NCBI RefSeq assembly: GCF_001194135.2 | Contig: NC_068986.1 | Location: 30,163,091 to 30,227,090, forward strand | Direction: 5' to 3' | Length of the DNA stretch: 64,000 bases | From: Octopus bimaculoides | Lineage: Eukaryota | Shown: one piece after another, positions 1 to 13,664 of the stretch | Layout: each line of letters starts with the position of its first letter | Position numbering within the stretch: position 1 is the first letter of the stretch | The notes under the pieces: generated by a model | Told to the model about the DNA's origin: nothing | The model's database searches: none | Seen by the model: the letters and a program-made list of their open reading frames with translations, nothing else | Translations under genes and position numbers: made by a program

Positions 1-114
1 AAAAGTTTGCTTTTTAACCACATTGTTCCACAAGTATCTTCTACCGTAGTTCCAGGCACACGAAAGCCTTGTCATTGGATTTGATAGATGGAAGCTGAAA
101 GAAGCCAGCCATAC

Positions 115-167
<53 letters not shown>

Positions 168-190
168 TATGTGTTTGTGTGTCTTATATT
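1..190 (+). mobile_element. SINE family A (tRNA-like head + CORE-like box + internal microsatellite), degenerate 5' part
   Basis: AAGTTTGCTT..AACCACAT..CAAGTATCTTCTAC..GAAAGCCTTGT..GGATTTG..GAAAGAAGCC followed by (TG)n; matches the 5' half of the better copies at 50223 and 51395. Confidence 0.7.
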
Positions 191-771
191 TTTTTAGCTG
201 TTTTAGTTATTAGACTGCAGCCATTCTGGGACACCACACTGAGAAACTTTAGTCAAGCGAATTGACCCCAGCGTTTATTTTATTTTATTTTTTGGAAAGT
301 CTGATACTTATTCTATTGGTCTCTTTTGCCAAACCACTACATTAGAGGGACATAAACACACCAACACCAGTTGTCAAGAGAGCCTTTATAACAAACTTCA
401 GCCTACTGTTATATTTTACTATCTTAATAAAAAGATGACACATAAATATTGTAGTCCTAGATACACAATGTCTGAAAAGAAACAAAAAATAGATGGCATG
501 GTCTTACCTGGAATGCCATTCATTATAGGTCTGCTTGGTGAGGTTTGATGTAGATCTAAGGAAAAATAATTAACTGACTATAAATTAAAATGATTCAGAA
601 ATGGCACTAGCATCATCCAATCTTTTGTTGACCATTGCATAAAAGTAGAAGAGAATTGGCAGAATATTAATCAATATGACCAATTTTATAAGAACTTGTG
701 ACACACACACACACACACCATCTCATCTTGGAGGTTATGAATGAAGGAAAATTTATGAAAACAACCTACAT

Positions 772-990
772 ATTGATTCTAAAAATTTGGCACAAGGTCA
801 GTGATTTCATGGGAGGAAGTAAGTCGATTAGATCAACCCTGGTGTTCAACTAGTGTATATTTTATCAACCCTGAAAGAATGAAAGGCAAAGTTGACCTTG
901 GTGGAATTTGAACTCAGAATGTAAAGAATGACGAAATATCATTAAGCATTTTTGCCTGGCATGCTAACAATTCTGCCAGCTCACTACCCT
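772..990 (-). mobile_element. SINE family B (tRNA-like head, GTCGACTTTGCCTTTCATCC..GATAAAATAAGTACCAG core)
   Basis: The reverse strand reads GAGCTGGCAGAATTGTTAGCATGCC..GAGTTCAAATTCCACCAAGGTCAACTTTGCCTTTCATTC; A/B-box-like motifs; homologous to about 20 other copies in the window. Confidence 0.8.
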
Positions 991-1200
991 ACAAGAAAAA
1001 AAAAAAAAAGGAAAAAAAGCCTATATATTACTTATAAGACAACCAGACCAAGGTTGATAAAGTCTAGGACTGTGTCCAAGTGGCCTTCTTCTGGTCCCAC
1101 TAATCACCCCTTCTCAGTCAGAGACAGCTAGATGCTTTCTCAGCATTCTCGACCTTGTTCTTGATGGCTCATCTTCTGTTCACATAATTATTATATTATT

Positions 1201-1641
1201 CTTTTACTCTTTTATTTGTTCCAGTCATTTGACTGCAGCCATGCTGGAGCATTGCCTTTAGTCGAACAAATCGACACCATGACTTATTCTTTGTAAGCCT
1301 AGGACTTATCCTATCAGTCTCTTTTGCCAAACCGTTCAGTTACAGGAACATAAAGACACCAACATCAGTTGTCAAGTGATGTTGTGGGAACAAACACAGA
1401 CACACAAACACACAAACACACACACACACACATACACACACACACACACACACTCACTCACACACACACACATATATGATGGGCTTCTTTCAGTATCCGT
1501 CTACCAAATCCACTCACAAGGCTTTGGTCGGCCCGAGGCTATAGTAGAAGACACTTGCCCAAGGTGCCACACAGTGGGACTGAACCCAGAACCACATGGT
1601 TGGTAAGCAAGCTACTTACCACACAGCCACTCCTGCACCTA
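1201..1641 (-). mobile_element. SINE family A, near full length with internal (CA)n
   Basis: The reverse strand starts AGGTGCAGGAGTGGCTGTGTGGTAAGTAGC (A-box-like), then GGGTTCAGTCCC (B-box-like), CACCTTGGGCAAGTGTCTT (CORE-like), an internal microsatellite and a (GAGTAAAA)n tail. Confidence 0.9.
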
Positions 1642-2576
1642 TGAAGTTCTGAATATCATTTTGTTTCCCTTGGTCTTTGTACTAGGATTACATAGAATTT
1701 TTATGGAACCAAAATAGATTGAATGATCCTACAAATTTCAAATATGCTTTTAAAAAAACCGTTTTCAAGAAGACTGTTCATGCAGTCAATTGCTAATCTG
1801 TTTAAAGGAAGAAATACACTAATGTTTTCAGTGATATGAATAAGCTCATATACCTAAATCATCTGGTTAAACAATACCTCTTGTTTGCATAATCATCACC
1901 TGGTTTAACATCACCCCCCCCCCACCATTACCTAGTTCTTGGGTTCCTTTAGAAAATTTCTCTTTACTGTAAGCATTTAGAGCAGGCCCATCCCTGGGCC
2001 TCCACTCCTGGCATTTTTCAGGTAGACATTGATGTACAGATGTGCAATTACTTGTGGGAGTAGGGTCACAATTTTGACTCAGTAGTCTGGCTGTAAATCA
2101 ATGATTTAACCATTGAGTTAGTCTTTATTTGTACATCAAAGTAAATGTAATTTGAGCTGAGCCACACAATTGAATTATTTCCTAACAGTGCATGCATAAA
2201 TATGTGCGATATATTGAGAAAGAGAAAGAGATCTGTTCATGTCAGTCTATTTATCAGCCAGGATTTAAAAGAAGTAATGAATAAATATGTCTGTAGTGAT
2301 GATAATGATTGTGGGGGGGAGTGAAGAGATAAGAATAACCTTTATGGAAATGATAATAGCAATCACCTGCAAAAATGTCTAGTTAGGATTTATCAAGGAT
2401 ATGAACGAGATTTTTTTTCTCCCGTAGATATTCTGTACAAATATACAACACATTGTACTTGAAACGTATTTGCTCTATTTTCATTTATTTTTACCATAAA
2501 GTTCTGTCAATTCCCAGAATAATATCAACAATCTCTTATGTTTTAAATAACGTGAACATTTTATTTTCTTCTTCAG

Positions 2577-2613
2577 GGACAGAGTTACTACAGTATCACT
2601 TATTGAAAGCTTG
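2577..2613 (+). CDS. Candidate 37-bp internal exon of an unidentified host gene (xDRVTTVSLIESL or xTELLQYHLLKAx)
   Basis: Strong acceptor TTTTATTTTCTTCTTCAG, consensus donor TTG|GTAAGT, two open frames, non-repetitive context. Protein not recognised. Confidence 0.45.
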
Positions 2614-3131
2614 GTAAGTTGAAACACTTATGCTTCTCTCAGACTAACTAAATGTTTTGAAAATAATCTATTTAAAAGCCAACTCCTACTGAAGTATGTC
2701 AGAGGTGGTCACATTGGGTAGTTCTGTTAATGAGCCCACTTAACTAGTATTGTTAATACCATCCTTTAATTTGTACTACTGACATGACCACACCAGTGCC
2801 ATTATAACTACTGTTATCACTACTATAATCAAGACAATCACCAATATCACCATCACCACCATCATTAGTGCTGTCGCTACTACATCACCACCACTTCTAC
2901 CACCATCATCCTTCTTCACTACTTCTATTGCCATTGCTGTTACTATGACTACTTTATGTCTTCATAGTTATTAAGTAAGGTACATATAGTAAATTTTTTT
3001 ACAAAGGCATAAAGCCACACATTTTGGGGAAGGGTTTCAGTTCGATTTTATCAACATCTATTGCCAGAGTCAGCTTGGCTTGTTGTCATTCTGGAATGGA
3101 TAAAATAAGTATCAGTCATGTAAATAATATT

Positions 3132-3395
3132 CTTTTATTCTTTTACTTGTTTCAGTCATTAGACTGTGGCCATGCTGGGGCAGCGCCTTGAAGAACTTTT
3201 AGTCAAATAAATCGACTCCTGTACCTCTTATTTTTTTAAGCCTGGTACTTATTCTATCAATAACTTTTGCTGAGCTGCTAAGTTACAGGGATATAAACAC
3301 ACCAGCACCTGTTGTCAAGTGGTGGTGGTGGTGGTGGTGGTGGTGGTGGGGACAGACATACATAGATATATGTGTGTATATGTATNNNNNNNNNN

Positions 3396-3439
<44 letters not shown>

Positions 3440-3577
3440 GACAGGCTTCTTTTAGTTTCTGTCGACCAAATCCACTTACAGCTGAGGCTATAGTAGAAGA
3501 CACTTGCCCAAGGTGCCACGCAATGGGACTGAACCCAGAACCACGTGGTGGGAAGCAAGCTTTTTACCACACAGCCA
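3132..3577 (-). mobile_element. SINE family A with internal (GGT)n/(TA)n
   Basis: Same tail, body and head modules as 1201..1641. Confidence 0.85.
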
Positions 3578-3743
3578 TGATATAGTTATATAGTATTATA
3601 TGTAATATAATAATATAGATGCTCATAATTATGAATTTAGTCTCACTGCTTGACATCTTGGACAATTGTCTCATACCATAATCCCAGACCAATTAAAGCT
3701 TTGTGAGTAAATTTGGTCAGCAGAAAACTGAAAATGAAGCCTG

Positions 3744-3801
<58 letters not shown>

Positions 3802-3912
3802 NNNNNNNNNNNNNNNNNNNNNNNNNNNNNNNNNNNNNNNNNNNNTGTGTGTGTATGTGTGTGTGTATGTGTGTGTGTGTGTGTGTATGTGTGTGTGTGT
3901 GTATGTGTGTGT

Positions 3913-3965
<53 letters not shown>

Positions 3966-4730
3966 AGCATAGACATATACACATGTATATTTCCAGTCAG
4001 TAATCAACACATTTAATGACCTGTTAGTGTTTCCATGAAATTCAGACAAAGTGGAAATATCAGAGCAGAGCTAACTGAATGATGTGTCAGTATTTCTACA
4101 AATTTCAGACTTAGTGAAAATACCACAACACAGAATGAACAAAGCGGGAAATGGTGACACATTGTGCTAATTATATAATTAGATTAATTTTTCTTAATGA
4201 ACACAACAAATGGGACTGGTTCCTATGTTAACTGTTTCACTATTACAAACTTGAATATTTAAATACACCTATCTATATACCATATCTAATGTATAAATAC
4301 TACTATTTGTCCCAAAATAATATTTCTCATGGATGTGCAGTGTTAAAAACACAATAAATATCTGTAAGAGATGAAAATCCACCCCAGCTATGGCTAGCAA
4401 GAATGTCAAATGTATTCTGGCCCTTTGAAGCCTTTTCAATGTTACATATTTGCTATTTTGATTTGATTTAGCCTCAATTGCATATACCAGACTTATATTC
4501 AGGTTGAGCAGTTATTTACAACATCAGTGGATGTTTTATTCACTGTCTCTTCTATTGAAAATGACCAATTTTCATCCAAGCATGTGGCTGGTTGTGGGGC
4601 CAAAATGCATTAGGCATCCTCACTAGTCCCTGCTGGCTTGGATTTTTTGTTTCTCTTCAATATTGAGTTTTTAACACAGCATCTCCAGAGGAGATGTTAT
4701 CTCAGGACTAATACCACAGTAGCTGGCCTG

Positions 4731-4767
<37 letters not shown>

Positions 4768-5258
4768 GTATATGATGATGATGATGGTNNNNNNNNNNNN
4801 NNNNNNNNNNNNNNNNNNNNNNNNNNNNNNNNNNNNNNNNNNNNNNNNNNNNNNNNNNNNNNNNNNNNNNNNNNNNNNNNNNNNNNNNNNNNNNNNNNNN
4901 NNNNNNNNNNNNNNNNNNNNNNNNNNNNNNNNNNNNNNNNNNNNNNNNNNNNNNNNNNNNNNNNNNNNNNNNNNNNNNNNNNNNNNNNNNNNNNNNNNNN
5001 NNNNNNNNNNNNNNNNNNNNNNNNNNNNNNNNNNNNNNNNNNNNNNNNNNNNNNNNNNNNNNNNNNNNNNNNNNNNNNNNNNNNNNNNNNNNNNNNNNNN
5101 NNNNNNNNNNNNNNNNNNNNNNNNNNNNNNNNNNNNNNNNNNNNNNNNNNNNNNNNNNNNNNNNNNNNNNNNNNNNNNNNNNNNNNNNNNNNNNNNNNNN
5201 NNNNNNNNNNNNNNNNNNNNNNNNNNNNNNNNNNNNNNNNNNNNNNNNNNNNNNNNNN

Positions 5259-5296
<38 letters not shown>

Positions 5297-5385
5297 CTCC
5301 TCTTTCTCACAAACATACATATCTTTGCATTTCTACATATAACAAAAAGATGCACTTGCAAACATACACACTCAAGTATTTCTCC

Positions 5386-5419
<34 letters not shown>

Positions 5420-5540
5420 CATCATCATCATCATCGTTTAACGTCCGTTTTCCATGCTGGCATGAGTTACACACACATACTGTGAGAGAGAGACAAATAT
5501 ACAAACAGTACATACATCTTTGCCTTCGTTTCTTTCTCTT

Positions 5541-5579
<39 letters not shown>

Positions 5580-7219
5580 CATATAAACACACACACATAC
5601 ACACATCTATTTTCTTTACACCAACTCTCATCCTGGGATTTTTTTACCGAATGACCCAGTTATCTTAACAAAACTGCCAGTACATCAGTAATTTCTAAAT
5701 TGTCTACACTGTATTGTTCAGTTATATAATTTACAATTTTTATGGATGTGTTTCTCAACATGTTGTAAGCATCATGGAGAATAGACACTTGGGTCCCCCT
5801 GGTTAGCAAAATACTGATAGGTTGGCAGTTGTTTGCAGCTGTTGTAGAAAAACAGGCTGTGCCAAACAGCCAGAATGGAGCTCTACTTAATAGAGTTGTC
5901 CTAAAAGTGATAATCCAACAAAGATTGATTGGATCATATGGTAAAAAGAAAGAAGAATAGAAAATACTTGTGTTTCATTGGATGAAATACAGAACAGCAT
6001 CAAGCAAATGAAACTTAGCCAAGTAGCTGTTAGAATGCTGACACCTATTAGCTAAATTACTTTAGAAGTAAAAGTTTAAAGTTTGAAGGTCATTTGAACA
6101 TTGACAAGTCTTAGTTCACTTCCTGATATTTCTGAAGATGTTTTTGACACAATCTTTTTGTAGTCTTAGAAACCAAAATAATAATCTTTGACCTTGAATC
6201 AATATCACATTTGTCTAGTTTCACTCGTATTCAGTTCTAGTTTGTACTAGATTGATTTTCATTAATTTGAATTCTGAACACGACATGGCTCTTTGCAGTT
6301 ACTGCATATTATAGTCACTGCCTCAGTAAGCTGTACATTTGTAACAACAGAAGATATGTGCTATAAATTTGCACATACATAAAGTGTCTCATTGCAATAG
6401 TTGTAAGTATTTTACAGATGCAGCATGTCTACTTATGCAAATACAAGCATAGGGGGGGGGGGGCCAACAAGTGAGGTTGTACATGTGGGGAAATTTTGGT
6501 TGCTACAAATAGCACCCTGTTCCACCATCTTAAAAAACGATGGATATTGTAATATTAGATAGGCTGAGGTGGGCATTACGGTTGGAATACAGTAATCATG
6601 AGTTTGCTTATCAAAACTGAGTAACAACAACAACAACAACGAACACATATTTCTACAGAATATTTCTAACACCACACTAAACCACTCTGGTATTTAATAA
6701 TTAAAACCATTAAAGAAATATATATTTACATACTCTCTTTACTCTTTTACTCTTTTACTTGTTTCAGTCATTTGACTGTGGCCATGCTGGAGCAAAATTT
6801 AAAAAAAATTCACATAATAATCTATTAACATGGATTGTATGGCTAGTAATATCAGTAGATATGGGATTTAAATATTTTTAAATGATTACTTTATGACAGG
6901 ACTATTTTCCACTGCATACTTGAGTGCCCTTGGGTTTTGTCCATCATTAAAATATATTTCAATCTGTTCAGAATAAACCCATATTTATTTATGCATCTTC
7001 TAATAATTTTAAGTCATTGCATTTGACTGGAACCATGGGGTTACAAAATGGAAAACTAATTTTTACAAGAAATATCAAGAATAAAAGTCTATCAATAATT
7101 GTATAGATAACATCAGTTTTGAAACATAATAAGGTAATGGGTAATATCAATGTCTTGATTTTATTGAGAAAACATCAAAAATAGTTGATGGCTGATGGCT
7201 GATATCTCTTCAGATCAAG

Positions 7220-7330
7220 AACCATGGGAGAATACACCAAACATTCTAACCGCTTTTGAAATGAGATTATTGCATTTCAAAAGCAAGGAAAGAGCTGTTT
7301 CTATCAGCAGTTGAGAGGATATAAGTATCT
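7220..7330 (+). pseudogene. Possible decayed Tc1/mariner transposase N-terminus
   Basis: Reads MGEYTKHSNRF*NEIIAFQKQGKS, resembling the Tc1-type N-terminal helix-turn-helix start (M....L..FE...I.A....G.S). Short and interrupted. Confidence 0.25.
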
Positions 7331-7589
7331 CTGAATATCTGTATATCACTGTATGTGTGTGTGTATATCGATGTAGATTTCTATCATTGATTACTTGATC
7401 TAAGGCAATCAATAGCTTCAAGAAGGTTCTCTCAACTGTCACATTGACCTTGATTTCTTAAATATTCAATCAGCTTGGATAGGAAGAAAAGGCAGAACTG
7501 CTGTTGGACTACAGAAATATTAAATACCTATTGACTAGAAGAGTGATAACTCCTGTGTATTAATGTTAGCATTTGATTATTACTGTTCC

Positions 7590-7810
7590 AAAGGTAGCAA
7601 GATGGTAGAATCATTAGCATGGTGGACAAAATACTTAGTGGCATTTCTTCCTGATCTTTATATGCTGAGTTCAAATCTCAGAGAGATTAACTTTGCCTTT
7701 CATCCTTTCAGAGACAATAAAATAAAGTACCAGTCAAGTACCGCAGCTGATGTAATCAACTAAATCCTTCCACAAAAATTACTGGCCTTGTGCCAAGATT
7801 TGAAATCATA
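7590..7810 (+). mobile_element. SINE family B, degenerate
   Basis: GAGTTCAAATCTC..AACTTTGCCTTTCATCCTTTC..AATAAAATAAAGTACCAGT..GGCCTTGTGCCAAGATTTGAAA. Confidence 0.75.
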
Positions 7811-8575
7811 TAATCATTATTGTTCTGCAGAGATTTCCTACTTTGTCTTTTAATGATTATTCTATGAAAATTAAGTGTTTTCAAATGCTAGCATACTCTT
7901 ATTCAGAATTTCTGCGCTATCACTAGTAGAATTTTATGGAAAAGTACCTTCTGATTCTGATAAGGTATTTTGAGTTGTAATTCCATTCTTGACATCCTAC
8001 TCATTATCCAGCAAACATCTGTACTGTGGAACCTTGTCTAAAACTTCTAAACCAAATAAAAATTGCAAGATACATTTGTTCCTTACTACAAATGCATCTA
8101 TTGCATTAAAACTGTGGTATCTTTGGTATTCTTTAGTGTTTTATTATAAAATCCAGTTGATGTTTTGCATTGGTTTTTATATGACTCTCTCTGTTACCAT
8201 TTATTGTTTAATCTATCACATTCGGCACTATAGAGTTCCCTGCTTTAATGTATCAGCTTTCACCTTTTAGCAGTTAATACAGATTCTTATAGAAATAATC
8301 AGCAATAACACTCCAATAAGTACACAGGTTTAAATGAACAGGAGTCAGTGACCTTATGCTAAAGTTCAACACTACCATTCTTTATCATTCCATGAATCTT
8401 AAACTCTATAGTACTGAATGTGATAGATTAAACAATAAATGGTAACAGAGAGAGTCATATAAAACCAATGCAAAACATCAACTGGATTTTATAATAAAAC
8501 ACTAATAAATACCACAGATACCACTACTTTTATATACATTTATATATATGACTATAAAATATAATTTATATATAT

Positions 8576-8616
<41 letters not shown>

Positions 8617-8619
<3 letters not shown>

Positions 8620-9030
8620 TCATCATTGTTTAACATCCGCTTTCCATGTTAGCATGGGTTGAACGATTTGACTGAGGACTGGTGAACCAGATAGCTACAC
8701 CAGGCTCCATGCTCAAAGTGGTGTATTTTATGTGCCATCTGCACAGGAGCCAGTCCAGCGGCACTGGCAATGATCTCGCTCGAATGACTTTTCATGTGCC
8801 ACCGGCACAAGTGCCAAGAAGGCGATGCTGGTAACGATCACGCTCAAACGTTGGTGCCCTCATGATTTCGCTTGCTCCAACAGGTCTTCACAAGCCGAGT
8901 TTAGTGTCCAATGAAGGAGATGTTGGCATGGGAGCCAGTCGTCTTTGATTTCACTTGCCTCAGCAGGTCTTCGCAAGTGGAGTTTAGTGTCCAATGAAAG
9001 AAAGGTACGCATAAGTGGGCTGGTCTCACT
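8617..9030 (-). mobile_element. Retroposon family C ((GAT)n tail; internal GTGCCGGTGGCAC modules), internally deleted
   Basis: CATCATCATTGTTTAACATCCGCTTTCCATGTTAGCATGGG.. is the reverse complement of the tail at 11749, 34640 and 48365; repeated GTGCCA(C/T)C(G/T)GCAC modules. Confidence 0.8.
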
Positions 9031-9522
9031 TGGCTTATGACTATAAAATATTATATATATACGTGTAGGAGTGGCTATGTGGTGAGTAGCTTGCTTATGA
9101 ACCACATGGTATATACACACACACACACAAGGTGCTTCCACACATTTTTTTGTCAACCAAGTTCACAGAGCATTAGTTGACTTGGAGGTTGTAGTGGAAG
9201 ACACCTGCCCAAGGTGCTGCACAGTGGGACTGAACTGAAACCATAAAGTTTCAAAGCAAGTATCTTAACCACCGTAGCCATATTTGCACATGTAACTTTT
9301 AAACTTTCAGCTTTTCACCCCTTACCAGTTCACCATCCTGATTTCTGCCTACATGTAATAAGAGAAAAGTAAAGAATCAATTTTCAAGGGAAATAAATCT
9401 AATAATGATCAGTTTGAATAAGGATAAAAAAATTTTTTTACCTTAAGCAATTTCCTCAATGGGGAAGTCCCCTCAAATCTCAAGAATTTTTCTTAGGATT
9501 CTTGCCAAATATAGGACAGTAC

Positions 9523-9554
<32 letters not shown>

Positions 9555-9886
9555 GTGAAAGCACATGGCTCAGTGGTTAGACCGTCGAGCTTACGATCGT
9601 GAGGTTGTGAGTTCGAATTCCGGACTGGGCTGCGTGTTGTGTTCTTGAGCAAGACACTTCATTTCACGTTGCTCCAGTTAACTCAGCTGTAGAAATGAGT
9701 TGCGACGTCACATGTGCCAAGCTGTATCGGTCTTTGCCTTGGATAACAATGGTGGCGTGGGGAAGGGAGGCTGATATGCATGAGCGACTGCTGGTCTTCT
9801 ATAAAACAATCTTGCCCAGACTTGTACCTGGGAGGGTAACTTTCTAGGTGCAATCCCATGGTCAGCCATGACCGGAGGGTGTCTTT
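9555..9886 (+). mobile_element. tRNA-headed CORE-like SINE (family D) inserted in an (ATT)n tract
   Basis: GCACATGGCTCAGTGGTTAG (A-box), GAGTTCGAATTCC (B-box), GTGTTCTTGAGCAAGACACTT..TTGCTCCAGT (CORE-like); flanked by (TTA)n on both sides. Confidence 0.85.
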
Positions 9887-9900
9887 ATTATTATTATTCT

Positions 9901-10110
9901 TAAGGTGGTGAGCTGACAGAATCATTTGCACAACAAGCAAAATGTTTAGCAGCATTTCACCCATTGCTACATTCTTGAGATCAAATTCCACCAAGGTCAA
10001 CTTTGCTTTTCATCCTTTTGAGATTAATAAATTAAGTACCAGTGAAACACTGGGGTTGATGTAATCGACTTGTCTCCTCCTCCAAAATTGCTTGTACCTT
10101 TAGTAGAAAG
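9901..10110 (+). mobile_element. SINE family B
   Basis: TAAGGTGGTGAGCTGACAGAATC head and GGTCAACTTTGCTTTTCATCC..AATAAATTAAGTACCAGTG core. Confidence 0.8.
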
Positions 10111-10117
10111 GATTATT

Positions 10118-10167
10118 ATCATTACTACTACTACTGCTACTACTACTACTACTACTACTACTACGAT

Positions 10168-10218
<51 letters not shown>

Positions 10219-10240
10219 GATTACTACTACTACTAATTTT
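10118..10240 (+). repeat. (TAC)n microsatellite
   Basis: About 40 TAC units with two CGAT interruptions. Confidence 0.95.
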
Positions 10241-10451
10241 ACTGACTACGCAACAGTGTAACTGCAGAATAATTTTGAAAATGAAATATTAAAAGTAAGA
10301 GAAATAATTTCTAAAGTTTATAGAATTTCTAACATTTGATTAAATAAATTTCATTAATTTCTGGTCATAATTTTAAAAGAAAACTCTAAAAAAATTATCT
10401 AAGAAGTAAAAAAATATTTTAGAAGTAAACAAAATATAGACACATAATGAA

Positions 10452-10529
<78 letters not shown>

Positions 10530-11748
10530 GTGTATGTGTATGCACATGCATTTCAAATTGTCAGTGTAAATCTTTCACAAACAGCTTCACATAATCACAC
10601 AATTCTATACAAGTGATTATGTGAATCTTTAGCAAGCATCTAGTTAATGAAATACGTCTGTCACATATCAGAATTCTAAGAAACGTGTCTTAAATACTAA
10701 TAAGACCAACTATTGATCACTTGACACCAATGTTAACCATGCCTCAAGCATGATGTCACTGTTCATTCACTGAGTATAAATAAAAGTACACGAAGAACTG
10801 GAGAACTAAAATAGCTAACCCTGTTCTTCCTTAACTGCAAATGTTGACCAAACAAAGTGAAGGGGGAAACATTTTCATATGTAGTCACCCTAACAGTTTC
10901 AAAAGCTATCCTTTTTCTATATTAAAATTATGTAGCCATTTCCCTATTGTAGATGCAATTATTACTCAGTAGTTCTACATTGTGCAACCGCACCTTGATT
11001 ATGGAATTTGGGCTTGAAGGAATGCAAGTAAATCTGAACTTAAATGTTAAAGAATCTTTAACAAATAGCTACAACAATGAATCATAGGGTGTATTATATC
11101 TATTCTGAATCATTTGTGGAATGTCATCTTCTTTAAATAAAAGGAGTATATGTAAAATAAATTATTCTTTGATTTTATCTTTTATTGTAAGCTGTCTTTT
11201 GTCTACATATATATGTTACTGTTTGAACTTTGGCTATATGTCTATTCATATGTCGATTAAGACACATTACCCATTTGGGCTTCACTGATGTCATCCACAG
11301 TCATGATATAATTTTCACTGGATCTAAGTCAGGAACTCCGCAGTGTTTGTTGAGTTGTTAGAGCTGATAAAGGAAACAGAAGATGGATTAAGTACGAATC
11401 TTTGTTCAGCACAACTGTCATTTTGACACATCCTGCATTTGTCTCATAGAATAATGTGCCTCTTGTTGCATTGCATCAATCAGTGCAGGCCGTCTCACTT
11501 CAGGCGCTTGGTGTAGGAAAATATCCCACTAGATATACTGAGATTTCCTTAGCATGTTGTTCTGGTTAATTGTACATTGGTACACTAACCAATATGTGTA
11601 TGTAACCATATATATATATATATATATATANNNNNNNNNNNNNNNNNNNNNNNNNNNNNNNNNNNNNNNNNNNNNNNNNNNNNNNNNNNNNNNNNNNNNN
11701 NNNNNNNNNNNNNNNNNNNNNNNNNNNNGTGCGTTGGCCTTCGTGCCG

Positions 11749-11935
11749 GTGGCACGTAAAAGCACCCACTACACTCTCAGAATGGTTGGCGTTAGGAAGG
11801 CCATCCAACTGTAGAAACTGCCAAATCAGATTGGAGCCTAGTGTAGCCATCTGGTTTCACCAGTCCTCAGTCAGATCATCCAACCCATGCTAGCATGGAA
11901 AGCGGACGTTAAACGATGATGATGATGATGATGAT
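11749..11935 (+). mobile_element. Family C 3' end with (GAT)n tail
   Basis: GTGCCGGTGGCACGTAAAAGCACCCACTACACTCTC..GGCGTTAGGAAGGCCATCC..GGACGTTAAACGATGATGAT. Confidence 0.9.
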
Positions 11936-12409
11936 ATATATATATATATATGATGATGATGATGAAATAGTTTTGGTCATGGAATGGAAGGTCTGGATTG
12001 CAGGTCTGCTCATTCATTACTGATCGAGGGCTAACAGTAACATACATCAGTTTGTATTAAAAATTCACAAGTATCATCATAAAATCCATTTTCCCATGCC
12101 ATTCATCCGCCTGTTTGGCAGCTAAAACTACTTCACTATTATCTGTTTACTTCCCTATTACCCCTACCCCCACCTCTCTTTCTCTATCTTTCTCTGTGAC
12201 ACAGATATGTACTCACATTTTCTTCCTCTTTTCTGTCTCTCTCTCTCTCTCTAGTTCTCTTACTTATTTTCCCCTTTTTTTGTTTCAAATATACATACAC
12301 AGAGGTATGGCTTTGTGTTTAAGTTCACTTTGTGATATATAAAAGTTGTTGTATGTGGGGTGGGTATATATGTATATACACATATAGATGTGTGTGGATG
12401 TGCAATGTA

Positions 12410-12584
12410 TGTGTGTGTGTGAGAGAGAGTGAGAGAGAGACAGACAGAGAGACAGACAGAGAGACAGAGAGGGACAGAGAGACACAGAGAGAGACAGAGA
12501 GACAGAGACAGAGAGAGACAGAGAGAGAGACACAGAGAGAGACACAGAGAGAGACAGAGAGAGAGACAGAGAGAGAGACACAGA

Positions 12585-12616
<32 letters not shown>

Positions 12617-12617
12617 T
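12410..12617 (+). repeat. Compound (GT)/(GA)/(GACA) microsatellite, purine-rich
   Basis: About 200 bp of GA/GACA/CA units. Confidence 0.95.
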
Positions 12618-12940
12618 TGCAATATTTTGAGTATACATTGATTCAAAATGTATAGGTGTAGTATATTGAAACCAATACACTTCTCTTTGATGCAATGTAT
12701 ATTATTTACATACATATACATACAGACATGCATATATATATATATATATANNNNNNNNNNNNNNNNNNNNNNNNNNNNNNNNNNNNNNNNNNNNNNNNNN
12801 NNNNNNNNNNNNNNNNNNNNNNNNNNNNNNNNNNNNNNNNNNNNNNNNNNNNNNNNNNNNNNNNNNNNNNNNNNNNNNNNNNNNNNNNNNNNNNNNNNNN
12901 NNNNNNNNNNNNNNNNNNNNNNNNNNNNNNNNNNNNNNNN

Positions 12941-12987
<47 letters not shown>

Positions 12988-13149
12988 TATTCACAAACAC
13001 ACAAATATTTATAAGTATATACATGTGTGTTGGTGTGTATACTTCAAACAGAGATTGATCAATATATTACACATATTGAATCAACATAAACTCAGATTAT
13101 TTGAACTGAAATTAAAATAAACTCCAACACAAGTGTAAACATATTGACT

Positions 13150-13520
13150 AAGGTACAACAGCCATGCAGCAGGATGTCTCACAAACAATTTGAACATGTG
13201 TAGTGAATCAGAACATAGTTCGATTTGAAAATCTGAATTTTGTATTAATATAGAAACTAAATCTTGCTTACTGACTACTGACATTGTATTTTTTTGCGTG
13301 AAGAATTGGACATTCTCTGGTAGCATCGATTTGGCATCATTGGGGCAAATATTATTGTCAGAGTCTGGTACAATAATCACTATCTATTGTTATATGTGCA
13401 AAGGAAATGCCATGGAGTTTAGCTGTATGGGGAATTTTATATAAATGGTGTATTGCCTGTTGCTTTACATATGGAATAACTGTTATTCTGTTTCATTGAA
13501 ATATTGCAATACTGGATAAA
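13150..13520 (+). pseudogene. Possible decayed Tc1-type DDE transposase fragment
   Basis: Across frameshifts reads NQNIVRFENL..IVF..SLAVWGI..NGVLPVALHME..FIEILQ, resembling the Tc1 SVMVWG.FS.NG...L......YIEILE block; many stops. Confidence 0.3.
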
Positions 13521-13664
13521 GTTACAGAAATTGGAAATAAAATACATATTACTTTTCTACATTTGCATATACCTATATATATATAAATAGCATTAGATAT
13601 ATTATATTGATATGAATGACCTGTTGGGACACAGTATTTTGTTATGCAACAATAATATTGTTGT

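Noticed and set aside
1376-1606. Recurrent peptide IYDGLLSVSVYQIHSQGFGRPEAIVEDTCPRCH in many ORFs
   Set aside because: Antisense translation of SINE family A, not a gene family.
3283-5606. Long ORFs of HT/YI/CV/X runs (and similar at 11529-14257, 17577-18937, 38418-39495, 51430-52173, 59050-60797)
   Set aside because: Translations of dinucleotide microsatellites and N-gaps.
9555-9630. tRNA genes (also 38334, 61955, and the family A/B heads)
   Set aside because: A/B boxes are present but there is no complete cloverleaf, and each runs into a SINE body.
13081-13380. 99-aa minus-strand ORF that looks non-repetitive
   Set aside because: Weak splice acceptor, no recognisable homology, and the opposite strand reads better as a decayed Tc1 transposase.
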